From Macrostomum hystrix (lineage: Eukaryota > Animalia > Platyhelminthes): a stretch of DNA of 64,000 nucleotides. The notes under the pieces are model-generated. The model made no database searches. It was not told the DNA's origin and saw nothing but the letters and a program-made list of their open reading frames with translations. Positions within the stretch are counted from its first letter, which is position 1, and every line of letters starts with the position of its first letter. Positions 12,245 to 24,503 of the stretch are shown piece by piece. The position numbers were made by a program, and so were the translations under genes. The stretch lies in NCBI GenBank assembly GCA_950097015.1, contig CATNEN010000038.1, positions 14,942,001 through 15,006,000 of the forward strand, read 5' to 3'.

Positions 12245-13930
12245 CATCCCCATATCATGTATTTCTCACCCATCTCATGTACTTCTCATCCATCTCTTGT
12301 ATTTCTGATCCACCCGATCCCTATCTCATTTACTTCTCATGCATTTCGTCCCCCAAATCATGTATTTCTCATCCATCTCATCCCCTTCTCATGTATTTCT
12401 CATCCATCTCTTGTATTTCTCATCCATCTCATGTATTTCTCATCCATCTCATCCCCATCTCATGCATTTCTCATCCATCTCATGTATTTCTCATCCATCT
12501 CATCCCCATATCATGTATTTCTCATCCATCTCATCCCTATCTCATGCATTTCTCATCCATCCCATCCCCATCTCATGTATTTCTTATCCATCTCATCCCC
12601 ATATCATGTATTTCTCATCCATCTCATCCCTATCTCATGCATTTCTCATCCATCTTATCCCCATCTCATGTATTTCTCATCCATCTCATCCTTATCTCAT
12701 GCATTTCTCATCCATCCCATCCCCATCTCATGTATTTCTTATCCATCTCATCCCCATATCATGTATTTCTCATCCATCTCATCCCTATCTCATGCATTTC
12801 TCATCCATCTTATCCCCATCTCATGTATTTCTCATCCATCTTATCCCTATCTCATGCATTTCTCATCCATCTTATCCCCATCTCATGCATTTCTCATCCA
12901 TCCCATCCCCATCTCATGTATTTCTCATCCATCTCATCCCCATCTCATGTATTTCTCATCCATCTCATCCCCATATCATGCATTTCTCATCCATCTCATC
13001 CCCATATCATGTATTTCTCATCCATCTCATCCCTATCTCATGCATTTCTCATCCATCTCTTATATTTCTCATCCATCTCATGTATTTCTCATCCATCTCA
13101 TGTATTTCTCATCCATCTCATGTATTTCTCATCCATCTCATGTATTTCTCATCCATCTCATCCCCATCTCATGTATTTCTCACCCATCTCATGTATTTCT
13201 CATCCATCTCATCCCTATCTCATGCATTTCTTATCCATCCCGTCCCCATCTCATGTATTTCTCATCTATCTCATCCCTATCTCATGCATTTCTCATCCAT
13301 CTTATCCCCATCTCATGTATTTCTCATCCATCTCTTGTATTTCTCAGCCATCTCTTGTATTTCTCATCCATCTCATGTATTTCTCATCCATCTCATCCCC
13401 ATCTCATGTATTTCTCATCCATCTCTTATATTTCTCATCCATCTCATGTATTTCTCATCCATCTCATGTATTTCTCATCCATCTCATCCCCATCTCATGT
13501 ATTTCTCATCCATCTCTTATATTTCTCATCCATCTCATGTATTTCTCATCCATCTCATGTATTTCTCATCCATCTCATGTATTTCTCATCCATCTCATGT
13601 ATTTCTCATCCATCTCATCCCCATCTCATGTATTTCTCACCCATCTCATGTATTTCTCATCCATCTCTTATATTTCTCATCCATCTCATGTATTTCTCAC
13701 CCATCTCATGTATTTCTCATCCATCTCTTATATTTCTCATCCATCTCTTATATTTCTCATCCATCTCATGTATTTCTCATCCATCTCATGTATTTCTCAT
13801 CCATCTCATGTATTTCTCATCCATCTCATGTATTTCTCATCCATATCATGTATTTCTCATCCATCTCATGAATTTCTCATCCATCTCATGAATTTCTCAT
13901 CCATCTCATGTATTTCCCATCCATCTCACC
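12245..13930. repeat. Intronic pyrimidine-rich 20/11-bp mosaic minisatellite (TTTCTCATCCATCTCATGTA / CCCATCTCATC)
   Basis: Tandem repeat ending ~25 nt before the acceptor; explains ORFs 12197-13891. Confidence 0.95.
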
Positions 13931-13954
13931 CCCAATCTCCCAACAATTCTGAAG

Positions 13955-14372
13955 GTGTGCACGACCTGACAATCTCAAATCTGAGCCTAGCCGACCAAGG
14001 CTCGTACGGTTGCCAGGTGGTATCTGGCCGAGGCGCTAATCCCGCTAAATCCGGTCGGGCCTACCTGAGGGTGCTGAAAAATGCCGAGAGTTTAACAATG
14101 TCAATCGGCAGCTGGCCTGTCCCAGTAGGTCAGGCTGCGGATTTGGCGGTTTCAGTCGGCGACTATGCGTCTGTGGACATTGGCCAAAGGTTGCTTCTAG
14201 TGTGCGAGGTTCGTAGTTCGAATCCTGCGCCAACAGTATTCTGGACAATTGGCTCCGAGGAACGAATCCGGGTGCCGTTGTACCAGGTGCCACGACTGAG
14301 AGCGACATTCGACCAGCCAGTCCACGGATGGGTTGTCTTGCACGAGCTGATTGAGGACACCAAGGACAGTCC
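13955..14372 (+). CDS. Kirre/Neph-like exon (Ig1 C-half, Ig2 N-half)
   Basis: VHDLTISNLSLADQGSYGCQV (DxGxYxC) ... LVCEVRSSNPAPTVFW; phase 1 in, phase 2 out, GTGAGT donor. Confidence 0.88.
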
Positions 14373-14389
14373 GTGAGTATACTCATGAG

Positions 14390-15365
14390 TAGTTCTCATC
14401 CCAATACCATTCTCATCCCGATGCCATTCTCAACCCAATGGCATTCTCATCCCAATGGCATTCTCATCCCAATGCCATTTTCATCCCAATGCCATTCTCA
14501 TCTCAATTCTATTCTCATCCCAATGCCATTCTTATCCCAATGCCATTCTCATCCGAATGCCATTCTCATCTCAATTCTATTCTCATCCAAATGCCATTCT
14601 GTCATCCCATAGCCATTCTGTCATCCCATAGCCATTCTGTCATCCCATAGCCATTCTGTCATCTCATAGCCATTCTGTTATCCTATAGCCATTCTGTCAT
14701 CCCATAGCCATTTTGTCATCCTATAGCCATTCTGTCATCCCATAGCCATTCTGTCATCCCATAGCCATTCTGTCATCCCATAGCCATTCTGTCATCCCAT
14801 AGCCATTCTGTCATCCCATAGCCATTCTGTCATCCCATAGCCATTCTGTCATCTCATAGCTGTTCTCTCATCTCATAGCTGTTCTCTCATCTCATAGCCA
14901 TTCTGTTATCCTATAGCCATTCTGTCATCCCATAGCCATTTTGTCATCCTATAGCCATTCTGTCATCCCATAGCCATTCTGTCATCCCATAGCCATTCTG
15001 TCATCCCATAGCCATTCTGTCATCCCATAGCCATTCTCTCATCTCATAGCCATTCTCTCATTTCATTGCTGTTCTCTCATCTCATAGCTGTTCTCTCATC
15101 TCATAGCTGTTCTCTCATCTCATAGCTGTTCTCTCATCTCATAGCTGTTCTCTCATCTCATAGCTGTTCTCTCATCTCATAGCTGTTCTCTCATCTCATA
15201 GCTGTTCTCTCATCTCATAGCTGTTCTCTCATCTCATAGCTGTTCTCTCATCTCATAGCTGTTCTCTCATTTCATAGCTGTTCTCTCATCTCATAGCTGT
15301 TCTCTCATTTCATAGCTGTTCTCTCATCTCATAGCCATTCTCTCATTTCAATTTCATTCTCATTT
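14390..15365. repeat. Intronic 20-bp minisatellite (CATTCTGTCATCCCATAGC-type, grading into CTGTTCTCTCATCTCATAG)
   Basis: Tandem repeat. Confidence 0.9.
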
Positions 15366-15522
15366 TGCAACAGTCTTTCACAGATATATTCTACAGACTA
15401 CTATGAGTAGGCAGAGTGGAATAGAACATAAATGTCAATAACACTTCAAAGCCAAATGCATGACTGTCAATCTATGTGATTATTATTCCAATGAAAACCG
15501 TCCTAATCACCGCCGTCGTCAG

Positions 15523-15891
15523 TTCAGTCTCAAGCATCACGGTTCGTTCTCACCTGTGCATTCCACCGGGAGTCATCCGGGAGGTTCATCACGACCTGCC
15601 GATTGTCTGCAGCGCCCGAGTTGAAGGCTTTGAAGACCGCAGCCTGACAGCACGCACTCGACTCTACGTTCGCTCGCCGCCCGTGGTTCGACTCAAACTG
15701 CGTCGTTTGGCATTGTCGGGCGCGTCGTTGCCAATGACAACGAGAACAACAACAACAAAAATGTCAACAAAGAGTGATTTAAAATTTGCTACGGCACAGA
15801 TTGCTGACAAAGACCCAGTGGAATTTCTGGAAAATGACACAGTGTTGGCGACTTGCGAAGCTACTGGTCGCCCAGACAATTTCACATACAG
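15523..15891 (+). CDS. Kirre/Neph-like exon (Ig2 C-half, Ig3 start)
   Basis: CTAAT branch, CAG acceptor; HDLPIVCSA ... ENDTVLATCEATGRPDNFTY; GTAATA donor. Confidence 0.85.
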
Positions 15892-16039
15892 GTAATAAAA
15901 ATTTTCGGACTGCTTCTGTTGCTGTCTGAAACCTCTGATCATCACACACTTTTGTTTGTGTCTTCATTAAGATAGGGTGCCTAAATTTTAGATAGGGTGT
16001 CTATGTGTTAGAATTAATGTCCATCTGTTAAAAAAATTA

Positions 16040-16625
16040 CCTGCTAGATAGAGTAACCTCTTAGAGTACCAGTTAGATTGAGTACCTGTTAGACAGTACC
16101 AGTTAGATTGAGTACCTGTTAGACAGTACCTGCTAGATTGAGTACCTGTTAGACAGTACCTGCTGGATTGAGTACCTGTTAGACAGTACCTGCTAGATTG
16201 AGTACCTGTTAGACAGTACCTGCTAGATTGAGTACCTGTTAGACAGTTACCTACTAGATTGAGTACCTGTTAGACAGTACCTGCTAGATTGAGTACCTGT
16301 TAGACAGTACCTGCTAGATTGAGTACCTGCTAGATTGAGTACCTGCTAGATTGAGTACCTGCTAGATTGAGTACCTGCTAGATTGAGTACCTGTTAGACA
16401 GTACCTGCTAGATTGAGTACCTGCTAGACAGTACCTGCTAGATTGAGTACCTGCTAGACAGTACCTGCTAGATTGAGTACCTGCTAGACAGTACCTGCTA
16501 GATTGAATACCTGTTAGACAGAGTACCTGTTAGATTGAGTACCTGTTAGATTGAATACCTGTTAGACAGAGTACCTGTTAGATTGAGTACCTGTTAGATA
16601 GTGTACCTGTAGATAAAGTACCAGT
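16040..16625. repeat. Intronic 14-16/30-bp minisatellite (GAGTACCTG[C/T]TAGA...)
   Basis: Tandem repeat. Confidence 0.9.
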
Positions 16626-17094
16626 TTCATATGTTCAGACTCTAAGAAAAAAGTATGAAAGTAGAATACAAAGGCCAACAGCTCCGATAAAAAATCGTGT
16701 ATGAAGCCAACAATATGAAGAGATAAAAAATCACCAAGCCATCAGCTGCCACAGTGAAATAATGAGGATAAACTCATACCAGCAAACTCTAATCCCCGAG
16801 GTCCTGCTCAGCTTGCTTTGATTTCTAAAACCATTCTCTCCCTCTCTCTGCCTTCCCACCTAGCTTGGCCCCCGCCCACCCAATCGCACTCACTTATCCG
16901 ACAGGTCACGAGTAGAGAAGGCTTCCCAATCCCAACACTTGAGTACCGCTTGAGAACAGTTCCGTGAGTGCTCTACTAAATCTGCCGTGATGAGATTTCT
17001 ATTGATTTTTTCTCATCGTCAGGGTGAAGGAGGGCATTTGGACTGTCTTGGCCTTGTTTTCTGTCTAGTGACTATCCTTGACTAATGGACTTAT

Positions 17095-17790
17095 ATGGGT
17101 GTTGGATCTAGTAGTCCTTGGCTGACGGAACTGAATGGTGTTAGATCTAGTAGTCCTTGGCTGACGGAACTGAATGGTGTTAGATCTAGTAGTCCTTGGC
17201 TGATGGAACTGAATGGGTGTTAGATCTAGTAGTCCTTGGCTGATGGAACTGAATGAGTGTTGGATCTAGTAGTCCTTGGCTGATGGAACTGAATGAGTGT
17301 TGGATCTAGTAGTCCTTGGCTGATGGAACTGAATGGGTGTTGGATCTAGTAGTCCTTGGCTGACGGAACTGAATGAGTGTTGGATCTAGTAGTCCTTGGC
17401 TGACGGAACTGAATGGTGTTAGATCTAGTAGTCCTTGGCTGACGGAACTGAATGGTGTTAGATCTAGTAGTCCTTGGCTGATGGAACTGAATGGGTGTTA
17501 GATCTAGTAGTCCTTGGCTGATGGAACTGAATGAGTGTTGGATCTAGTAGTCCTTGGCTGATGGAACTGAATGAGTGTTGGATCTAGTAGTCCTTGGCTG
17601 ATGGAACTGAATGGGTGTTGGATCTAGTAGTCCTTGACTGACGGAACTGAATGAGTGTTACATCTAGTAGTCCTTGGCTGATGGAACTGAATGGGTCTTG
17701 GATCTAGTAGTCCTTGGCTGACGGAACTGAATGGGTGCTGGATCTAGTAGTTCTTGGCTGATGGAACTGAATGGGTGCTAGATCTAGCAT
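17095..17790. repeat. Intronic 39-40-bp minisatellite (GATCTAGTAGTCCTTGGCTGATGGAACTGAATGGGTGTTG)n
   Basis: Tandem repeat, period ~40. Confidence 0.95.
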
Positions 17791-18199
17791 CCCTCAGTTG
17801 AGGGAACTGTTTAGACTCTATATTTAGTGATCCGCGGTGCTTCTTTGACCTAAAGTCAGTAAAATGAAGCGAAGCAAAAAAGGTTTCTGTCCCGAAATCG
17901 AGGACTGAAATATTTTAGGACTTTCGTCACGAATAGAAATAAACTAAGCGATTGAATCTAAACTGATCTTTAGAAAGGCTAGTTCGTGCAAAGTTAATAA
18001 ATATAACCACTCACTACTTTTTTTGATGCAGATAATATTTCCGTTTTTATAAGCGCTTTGCTCTTACTATTTCCAGCAGACTTTTCATCGATAAAAACGT
18101 AAAAAAGGTGGCATATACTGATAACTGAGAAACTATAGAACGAGATCAGACAGGAGATAGATATGAGACAAAATTGATCGGATATTAGAAATATGGGAG

Positions 18200-18660
18200 A
18201 TGATAGAGTTTGGATACTAGACGGATGAGAAAGAGAAGAGATAAGAGAGATTAGAGATTAGAGAAATAATAGATAAAAGAGAGGAGAGACATTAGTTATT
18301 AGAAAGATGAGAGATGAGAGATACGAGATGAAAAATTAGAGATTAGGGATTAGTTGGATGAGATATCAGATATGAGAGACAAGAGAGATTAGATATAGGA
18401 GATGAGAGATGAGAGATGAGAGAGATTAGATATGAGAGATAAGAGAGATTAGATATGAGAGATAAGATAGATTATATATGAGAGATAAGAGAGATTAGAT
18501 ATGAGAGATAAGAGAGATTAGATATGAGAGATAAGAGAGATTAGATATGAGAGATAAGATATGAGAGATGAAAGATTAGAAATAAGGGATTAGTGAGATG
18601 AGATATGATAGATTTGAGATGAGAGATGAGAGATAGGAGATGAGAGATGAGATAAGAGAC
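18200..18660. repeat. GA/GAT-rich low-complexity intronic repeat
   Basis: GAGATAAGAGAGATTAGATATGA units. Confidence 0.8.
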
Positions 18661-18682
18661 ATCCGCATCCCCCTCCCTCCAG

Positions 18683-19279
18683 CTGGTTCCTGGAGGAGCT
18701 GGACCCGAACTCCGGTCACCGGGATTCCAGCCTAAGGCTAGTGCTGAGCCGTCGGCACAACGTCAAGCTGCTCGGCTGCTCGGCCGCCAACGGATTCGCC
18801 AAAGCCGACGCCGCACCGATCCGGCTGCGGGTTCGCTACGCGCCTAAGTTCGCTACCGGCCAGGGCGGTCCTCTGTACCCGGCGCTTCCCGGCGGCTCCG
18901 TTGACGCCTCCTGCCTGGCCGATTCCAATCCGCGACCAGACTACACCTGGCGTCGTCGCGATCAATCCTCCACCGTCCAGCCGTTGTCGAGGTCGCCGAC
19001 GCTGCGTCTGGCCGGTTTGAAGCCGGACGACTTCGGCGAGTACGTCTGCACAGCGTCGGCGCCGGGATTTCTGCCGGTTCGACGTCGGATTCTGGTGGCC
19101 AGACTGCGACCGCCGAGGGTGACTGCAAGAGCCGCCGGAGCCGCCGGCGGAGCGACAGCCGGCGTTGGCGGCGTGGCGCGGTTGGAGTGTCGAATCGAAG
19201 CCGTGCCACTGCCACCGCCTGGCGACAAGGGAGTGAAATGGAGACGGCAGGATGGCGGCCTGATGACAGAGACTGCCAG
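18683..19279 (+). CDS. Kirre/Neph-like exon (Ig3 end, Ig4, Ig5 start)
   Basis: WFLEE...LGCSAAN...VRYAPKF...CLADSNPRPDYTW...DDFGEYVCTA...ARLECRIEAVPLP...VKW; CCAG acceptor, GTGGGT donor. Confidence 0.9.
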
Positions 19280-19725
19280 GTGGGTCATTGTGGAAACTTT
19301 CATAAAGGTTGACGTCTGACATTGGAAGGTCAAAAGAAGTTCCTAGGATCAAATGAAGATCATTCTTATAGGATCAAATGAAGGTCATTGTTAAGAGCAA
19401 AAGAATGTCATCATTAGGATCAAATGAAGGTCATTCTTAGGATCAAGTGAAGATCATTCTTAGGACCAAATAAAGGTCATTCTATGTTCAAAAAAGGTCA
19501 TTCTTGAGGTCAAATGAAGGTGATTTTTAAAGTAAAATTAAGATCACTTTTCAGAGTCACACGAAAGTCATTATTTGTACCAGATGGTCGTCGTTCTTAA
19601 GGACTTGTGAGGGTTCGTTTTTTAAGTCAGCTGGCATTTTTTGGGTCATTTCCATGGCCACATTTAGTCTAACTGGACCTTACGATTCTGAAAATCTAAT
19701 AAAATCCCTAAAAATCCCCAATCAG

Positions 19726-19877
19726 AATCCGGATTTATCGCGAGGATCTGGATTTGACAACTGTCTCAGCTTACCTGCAATTTGATGAAGCCAGAGCCGA
19801 GGACTCAGGCAGGTACAGCTGCACAGCTGCCAACTCACTCGGTAGCGACTCGGCCACCATCAATCTCGGCGTGGAGC
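19726..19877 (+). CDS. Kirre/Neph-like exon (Ig5 C-half)
   Basis: Not in the ORF track; IRIYREDLDLTTVSAYLQFDEARAEDSGRYSCTAANSLGSDSATINLGVE; TCAG acceptor, GTGAGT donor. Confidence 0.9.
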
Positions 19878-20024
19878 GTGAGTGTCGACTAAAATGGACT
19901 TTTAAATAGCTATTTAAGAGACTTAGATATCACACCTGATGTATTGGATATTAAACTTCAATTATAATTACACTTAAATATGGAAAACGCAGCACATGAA
20001 AGCATCTATCAACAATAGCATAGC

Positions 20025-20490
20025 GAAATATCCCATATAGCACCTGAAATATTCCATATCATGTCTGAATTATCCCAAATCACACCCGAACTATCCCATA
20101 TCGCTTCTGAAATATCCCGTATCACACTATCACTATTCTATACAACACCTGAAGTATCCCAGATCACACCTGAAATATCCCAGATCACACCTGAAATATC
20201 CCAGATCACACCTGAAATATCCCAGATCACACCTGAAATATCCCAGATCACACCTGAAATATCCTAGATCACACCTGAAATATCCCAGATCACACCTGAA
20301 ATATCCCAGATCACACCTGAAATATCCCAGATCACACCTGAAATATCCCAGATCACACCTGAAATATCCTAGATCACACCTGAAATATCCTAGATCACAC
20401 CTGAAATATCCCATATAGCACCTGAAATATCCCATATAGCACCTGAAATATCTCATATAGCACCTGAAATATTCCATACAACACCTGTAG
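20025..20490. repeat. Intronic 21-bp minisatellite (ACACCTGAAATATCCCAGATC)n
   Basis: Tandem repeat. Confidence 0.95.
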
Positions 20491-20517
20491 AATACTTTCT
20501 TTCATCCTAATATCCAG

Positions 20518-21052
20518 CCGACGTGCCGTCAGTTGCGGCAGCCGCAGCCGGCGCAACAGCGGGAGCGGCTCTCCTGTTGATTCTGCTGCTTCTGTTTCTC
20601 GGCCTGCTACTGCTGTTCAACCAGCGACGTCGGAGGGGTCAGCGACTGCAGCGCCGTCGACAGCAGAAGGGTCGCCGATCTTCCGCAGACTATGGACGAA
20701 TCAGTGCCGAAGAGGGCAACCTGTCCGACGGCGAAGACTCCGACGATGCGAGAAAATCTCGCGACGACCAGCTCAGCCCGCAGCGGCTGCATCTTCTAGA
20801 AGCAGATTCTGCCGACTCGGACAGTCGGGAAGCAAAATCTGTACAATTGCTGCAGACTTTTGTAGGAAAAAGCGGAACTCGAAGCAGTCTGGCTGCTGAT
20901 CAAAATTCGATTCGAAGACTGACTGAAGATGCACCGCTGATGCCTCCTCCGCCGCGGTCACCGCCGCCGCCTTTTACATCGTCGACTCCGTCGCTGCAGG
21001 CATCGTCGCCGAAGGCGTTTGTCGCTCCTGCCGAGGACAGCAGAAGGGAAGA
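20518..21052 (+). CDS. Kirre/Neph-like exon (transmembrane helix and cytoplasmic tail)
   Basis: AALLLILLLLFLGLLLLF followed by NQRRRR stop-transfer; GTGAGT donor at 21053. Confidence 0.88.
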
Positions 21053-21429
21053 GTGAGTCCTATAAGCCCCAATAACCTCACGGCAAGACGAAGAAAAGTA
21101 CTTTAATTCCAAGCAACGTTTTCCCCTAGAAATGTGCTCAAAACTCTAAAAATATCGCTCAAAAGATGGAAAACCTGTAGATTTTCGATTTTATTCAGTC
21201 AGTCAAGGCGCGGTAGACAGCTTACGGAACTACAATTTCCGGGTTTAATAGGAAAGAAGTTAAACAAACGATCTTATAAAGTAATATAGCATCGACTATT
21301 AGAAACAATGACGTGACAGCAATGCGTACATTATGCATACCCACAAAATACCCGAGCTGCATGTATTTTAGAGTGCAGATTGCAAAGTACTTTACACTGG
21401 AGATGATAATATAATACACATCATCTCTC

Positions 21430-21735
21430 CCCTGTAGAGAGATGAGACAGTAGAAAGATAAAATAGGGGAGAGGTGAGATAGGGGAGAGATGAGACATGG
21501 GAGAGATGAGATAGGGGAGAGATGACACGGTGGAGAGATGAGACAGTGGAGAGATAAAATAGGGGAGAGATGAGATAGGGGAGAGATGAGACAGCGGAGA
21601 CACGAGACAGGGGAGAAATGAGACATGGGAGAGATGAGACAGGGGAGAGATGAGTCATGGGTGAGATAAGACATGGGAGAGATGAGTCAGGGAAGAGATG
21701 AGACAGGGGAGAGTAAGAAAGCGGAGATGAAAGGA
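21430..21735. repeat. Intronic degenerate ~20-bp repeat (GGGAGAGATGAGACAG)
   Basis: Tandem low-complexity repeat. Confidence 0.8.
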
Positions 21736-21839
21736 CTCGCCTGTCGAAAAAGTCTTCAAATCTAAAGGAATTTATTGCTAGTTTTATCCGTAGACAAGAA
21801 GCCAAAGTTATCCCTTATCCTGCCTAACTTATGAAGCAG

Positions 21840-21866
21840 CATAAAAAGCGGCGATTCTGGCTACGG

Positions 21867-21898
<32 letters not shown>

Positions 21899-22164
21899 CC
21901 ATCACCGCGGCAACCGGTGGCGTTAGATTTCACGCGTCGCCAAATTTTGCAGCCTTCGATCAACCGCGGAGTATCGACAGTTCTGAATCGGCCGGTTCAA
22001 GCAGCCCGCCGCTGCCGCTGCCGCTACCGCTGCCACCCGATCCCGGATGTCCGATTCACGGCTTGAAGGGCAGCTCCGGAGGATCCAGAAGCTCCAGGAG
22101 GAGGAGACGACAGCGACTGTTGCCGAGCACGATTGACGAAGACTTTGCAGTGACTGAGGTTTAG
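21840..22164 (+). CDS. Kirre/Neph-like last exon ending in class I PDZ-binding motif (-TEV)
   Basis: CCTAAC branch, AAG/CAG tandem acceptor (21837 or 21840); IKSGDSGYG...DEDFAVTEV*; not in the ORF track. Confidence 0.78.
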
Positions 22165-22364
22165 ACGATTCAGAGAATGGTTTGACTCAAACCTTAAATT
22201 GAACCAGTCCTGCATCTCAAATTCATATTTTCTAAAAACTCAAATCTGCTTTGTACTAAATATTGAATTCTTCTGGGCACAGATTTCAAGTTATTTATTG
22301 ACCAAAATCTCCAAATCCCTACTGAATAGTAAAATCCCTATTGACCCACATCCCCAACCCCAAT

Positions 22365-22718
22365 TGAGAGCGGTCTAACGCGTTTGCCTCTCGCACCAAG
22401 GTCCCTGAGCTCGATTTCGCGGCGAGGCCATATTCATTTTGGGCGCAGCCGCGGAGAGAAGGCTTGGGGGCTTGTCGTGCAATTTACGCCCTTGAGGGCC
22501 AACCTCTAAGGCATGCAGTGAGAGTGTACACTGCCTGACAATGAGAAAGTCAGGGCAGATGTACACACCTGTGAAAGCGTGTGCCAGCGTACAGTATCCG
22601 TGTGCGTGTGTGCTCAGGAGTCAGCGAAATGGGCAGAATTGCCTCCTCGCTGGCTGCAGGTCTAGTGTCATGTAATGTGCCATTGCCCGCAGCCCTCCTG
22701 CCAATATTATTATTATTT
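22365..22718 (+). mobile_element. tRNA-derived SINE copy 2 (slightly 5'-truncated, (ATT)n tail)
   Basis: High identity to 3340-3650; structured 3' end followed by ATTATTATTATT. Confidence 0.9.
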
Positions 22719-23035
22719 AGAGGGGTAGAACGAAAGTAGAAAAATGAGAGGAGAAGATCGACAGGGGTAGAACGAGAGGAGAAGGATGAGAGGGGTAGAA
22801 CGAGAGGGGAAAGACCGAGAGGGGAAGGAAAAGCAAGGGTAGAAAAACGAGACTAGAAAAGTGAGAGGTGTTAGAGCAAACGAGGAAAGACTAGGAATGA
22901 CGAGTGGAGAAGAATGAAGCACGATAAGGAGATGGAAGGGAAAAAATGATAGAGGGAAAACGAGAGTACGAGCTAGAATGACGATTGGGGTAGAACGAGA
23001 GGATTAGACTAAAGGCGGAAATAAAGAGGGGAAAA
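22719..23035. repeat. Degenerate purine-rich GAGGGGTAGAAC repeat
   Basis: Same family as 3662-4171. Confidence 0.7.
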
Positions 23036-23484
23036 TGTACGCAAAATAACAAGTTCAGAATTAAATCCTCAGATTAGAAAAAATTCCCGCCATTTCCATT
23101 TTTAGACTGCTAAATTAAGCGAGTGCATTACGCGGAGACGCGTTTAAGTGCATTAAAAAATTTCAAATAAAATTCCTGTTTCAATTAAAAAATTTAACGT
23201 CACGCCGCAGACTTGGGGAGATAAAGCCGAGATTTTTTTAGAAAAAAGAACAATAGAACGTTGAACAGGTAAAAATGGCTTCAGTTGTTAATTGCATTGC
23301 GCTTTTTAATGACAATTTAATATTGCTTCTTCAGTCAGAGATTGAATGAACTAGCATAAAATACCTGGACTATACCTGATCAATTTGTCTACATCTGCGA
23401 TTTGAAAAAAAGACATGGTTTGCCAGGGTTTGTTGCTGAAAAATAAATCGCTGCTTAGAAGAGAAATCGTGGTAAGAACGGTTT

Positions 23485-23765
23485 GAATGGGAGATCAAGG
23501 GGTAGAATATAAGATAAAGGGGTAGAATGGGAGAGAAAGGGGGAGAGTGAGAGAGAATGGGAGAGAGAGGGGTAGAATAAGAGAGAGAGGGGTGGAATGG
23601 GAGAGAGGGGTAGAATGGGATAAAAAGGGGTAGAATAGGAGATAAAGGGATAGAATAGGAAAGAAAGGGGTAGAATGGGAAAAAGGGGGTAGAATGGGAC
23701 ATAAAGGGGTAGAATAGATTAAGAAAGGGGTAGAATAGAATAGGAGAGGAGGGGCAAATGGGAGA
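23485..23765. repeat. Degenerate ~20-bp GGGGTAGAATGG repeat
   Basis: Low-complexity tandem repeat. Confidence 0.75.
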
Positions 23766-24503
23766 GTAATATTTTGATAAACGATCGCCCGACAAATTAA
23801 CAAATTTTTCGCACGCTGATAATAGGAGCAGACAGTTGGAATAAGTGATAGCAGGTGTCTGTTACATCTGGCTTTCTATCTCGAGCCGCATGTTCTAGCC
23901 GCTTTTTTTCGCTCATGAATTTTTAATCCTTTCTGCATAGAGAATCTTTTAAGGTAGTACGAGCGTACTCGTATGTTATTCTATCCTATCCAATTCTAAA
24001 CCTCGATTGAATTTCACTAGGATATCTAGAGAAAAAAATTTACAAGTTTCTCCCAGCTGTTAGTTTGTTTGACGCTGACAGTCGGCAACCAAATTTGAAT
24101 GTTTAGCAGAACGAAAACAGCTAATTATCTACAAGCTATTAATAGAAACTAGAAAACCTAGCTTTTGGTCTTAGTATTTTACAGAACGGAAGAGGAAAGA
24201 AAAAATGTTTAGGCTATATGCCAATGCCAACTTTACAATAGATGCACGAAAAATCGTCGTTGTTTCATACTTTTCATTTATTTTCAAATTTTTAACTTCA
24301 ATTCAAAGCCCAGAAAAAATGAGCTGAACTATTGTTTTTCTGATAATCAATGTTTAAAAAATATTTTTTGAAAATAACGGCTGCTTTTGATAAACAAAAA
24401 GCATTGCGAATGCTTTCGTCATTGAATCGTACTCAGAACCTAACTGTCGTGACGTCAGCAAAAACATTATCTGCCAAGTTTCGCTGCCGTCAGCTTATTG
24501 CCT

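Noticed and set aside
16900-16990. Possible second SINE family head on the minus strand (GGCAGATTTAGTAGAGCACTC)
   Set aside because: A-box-like only, no clear B box, and no second copy in the window
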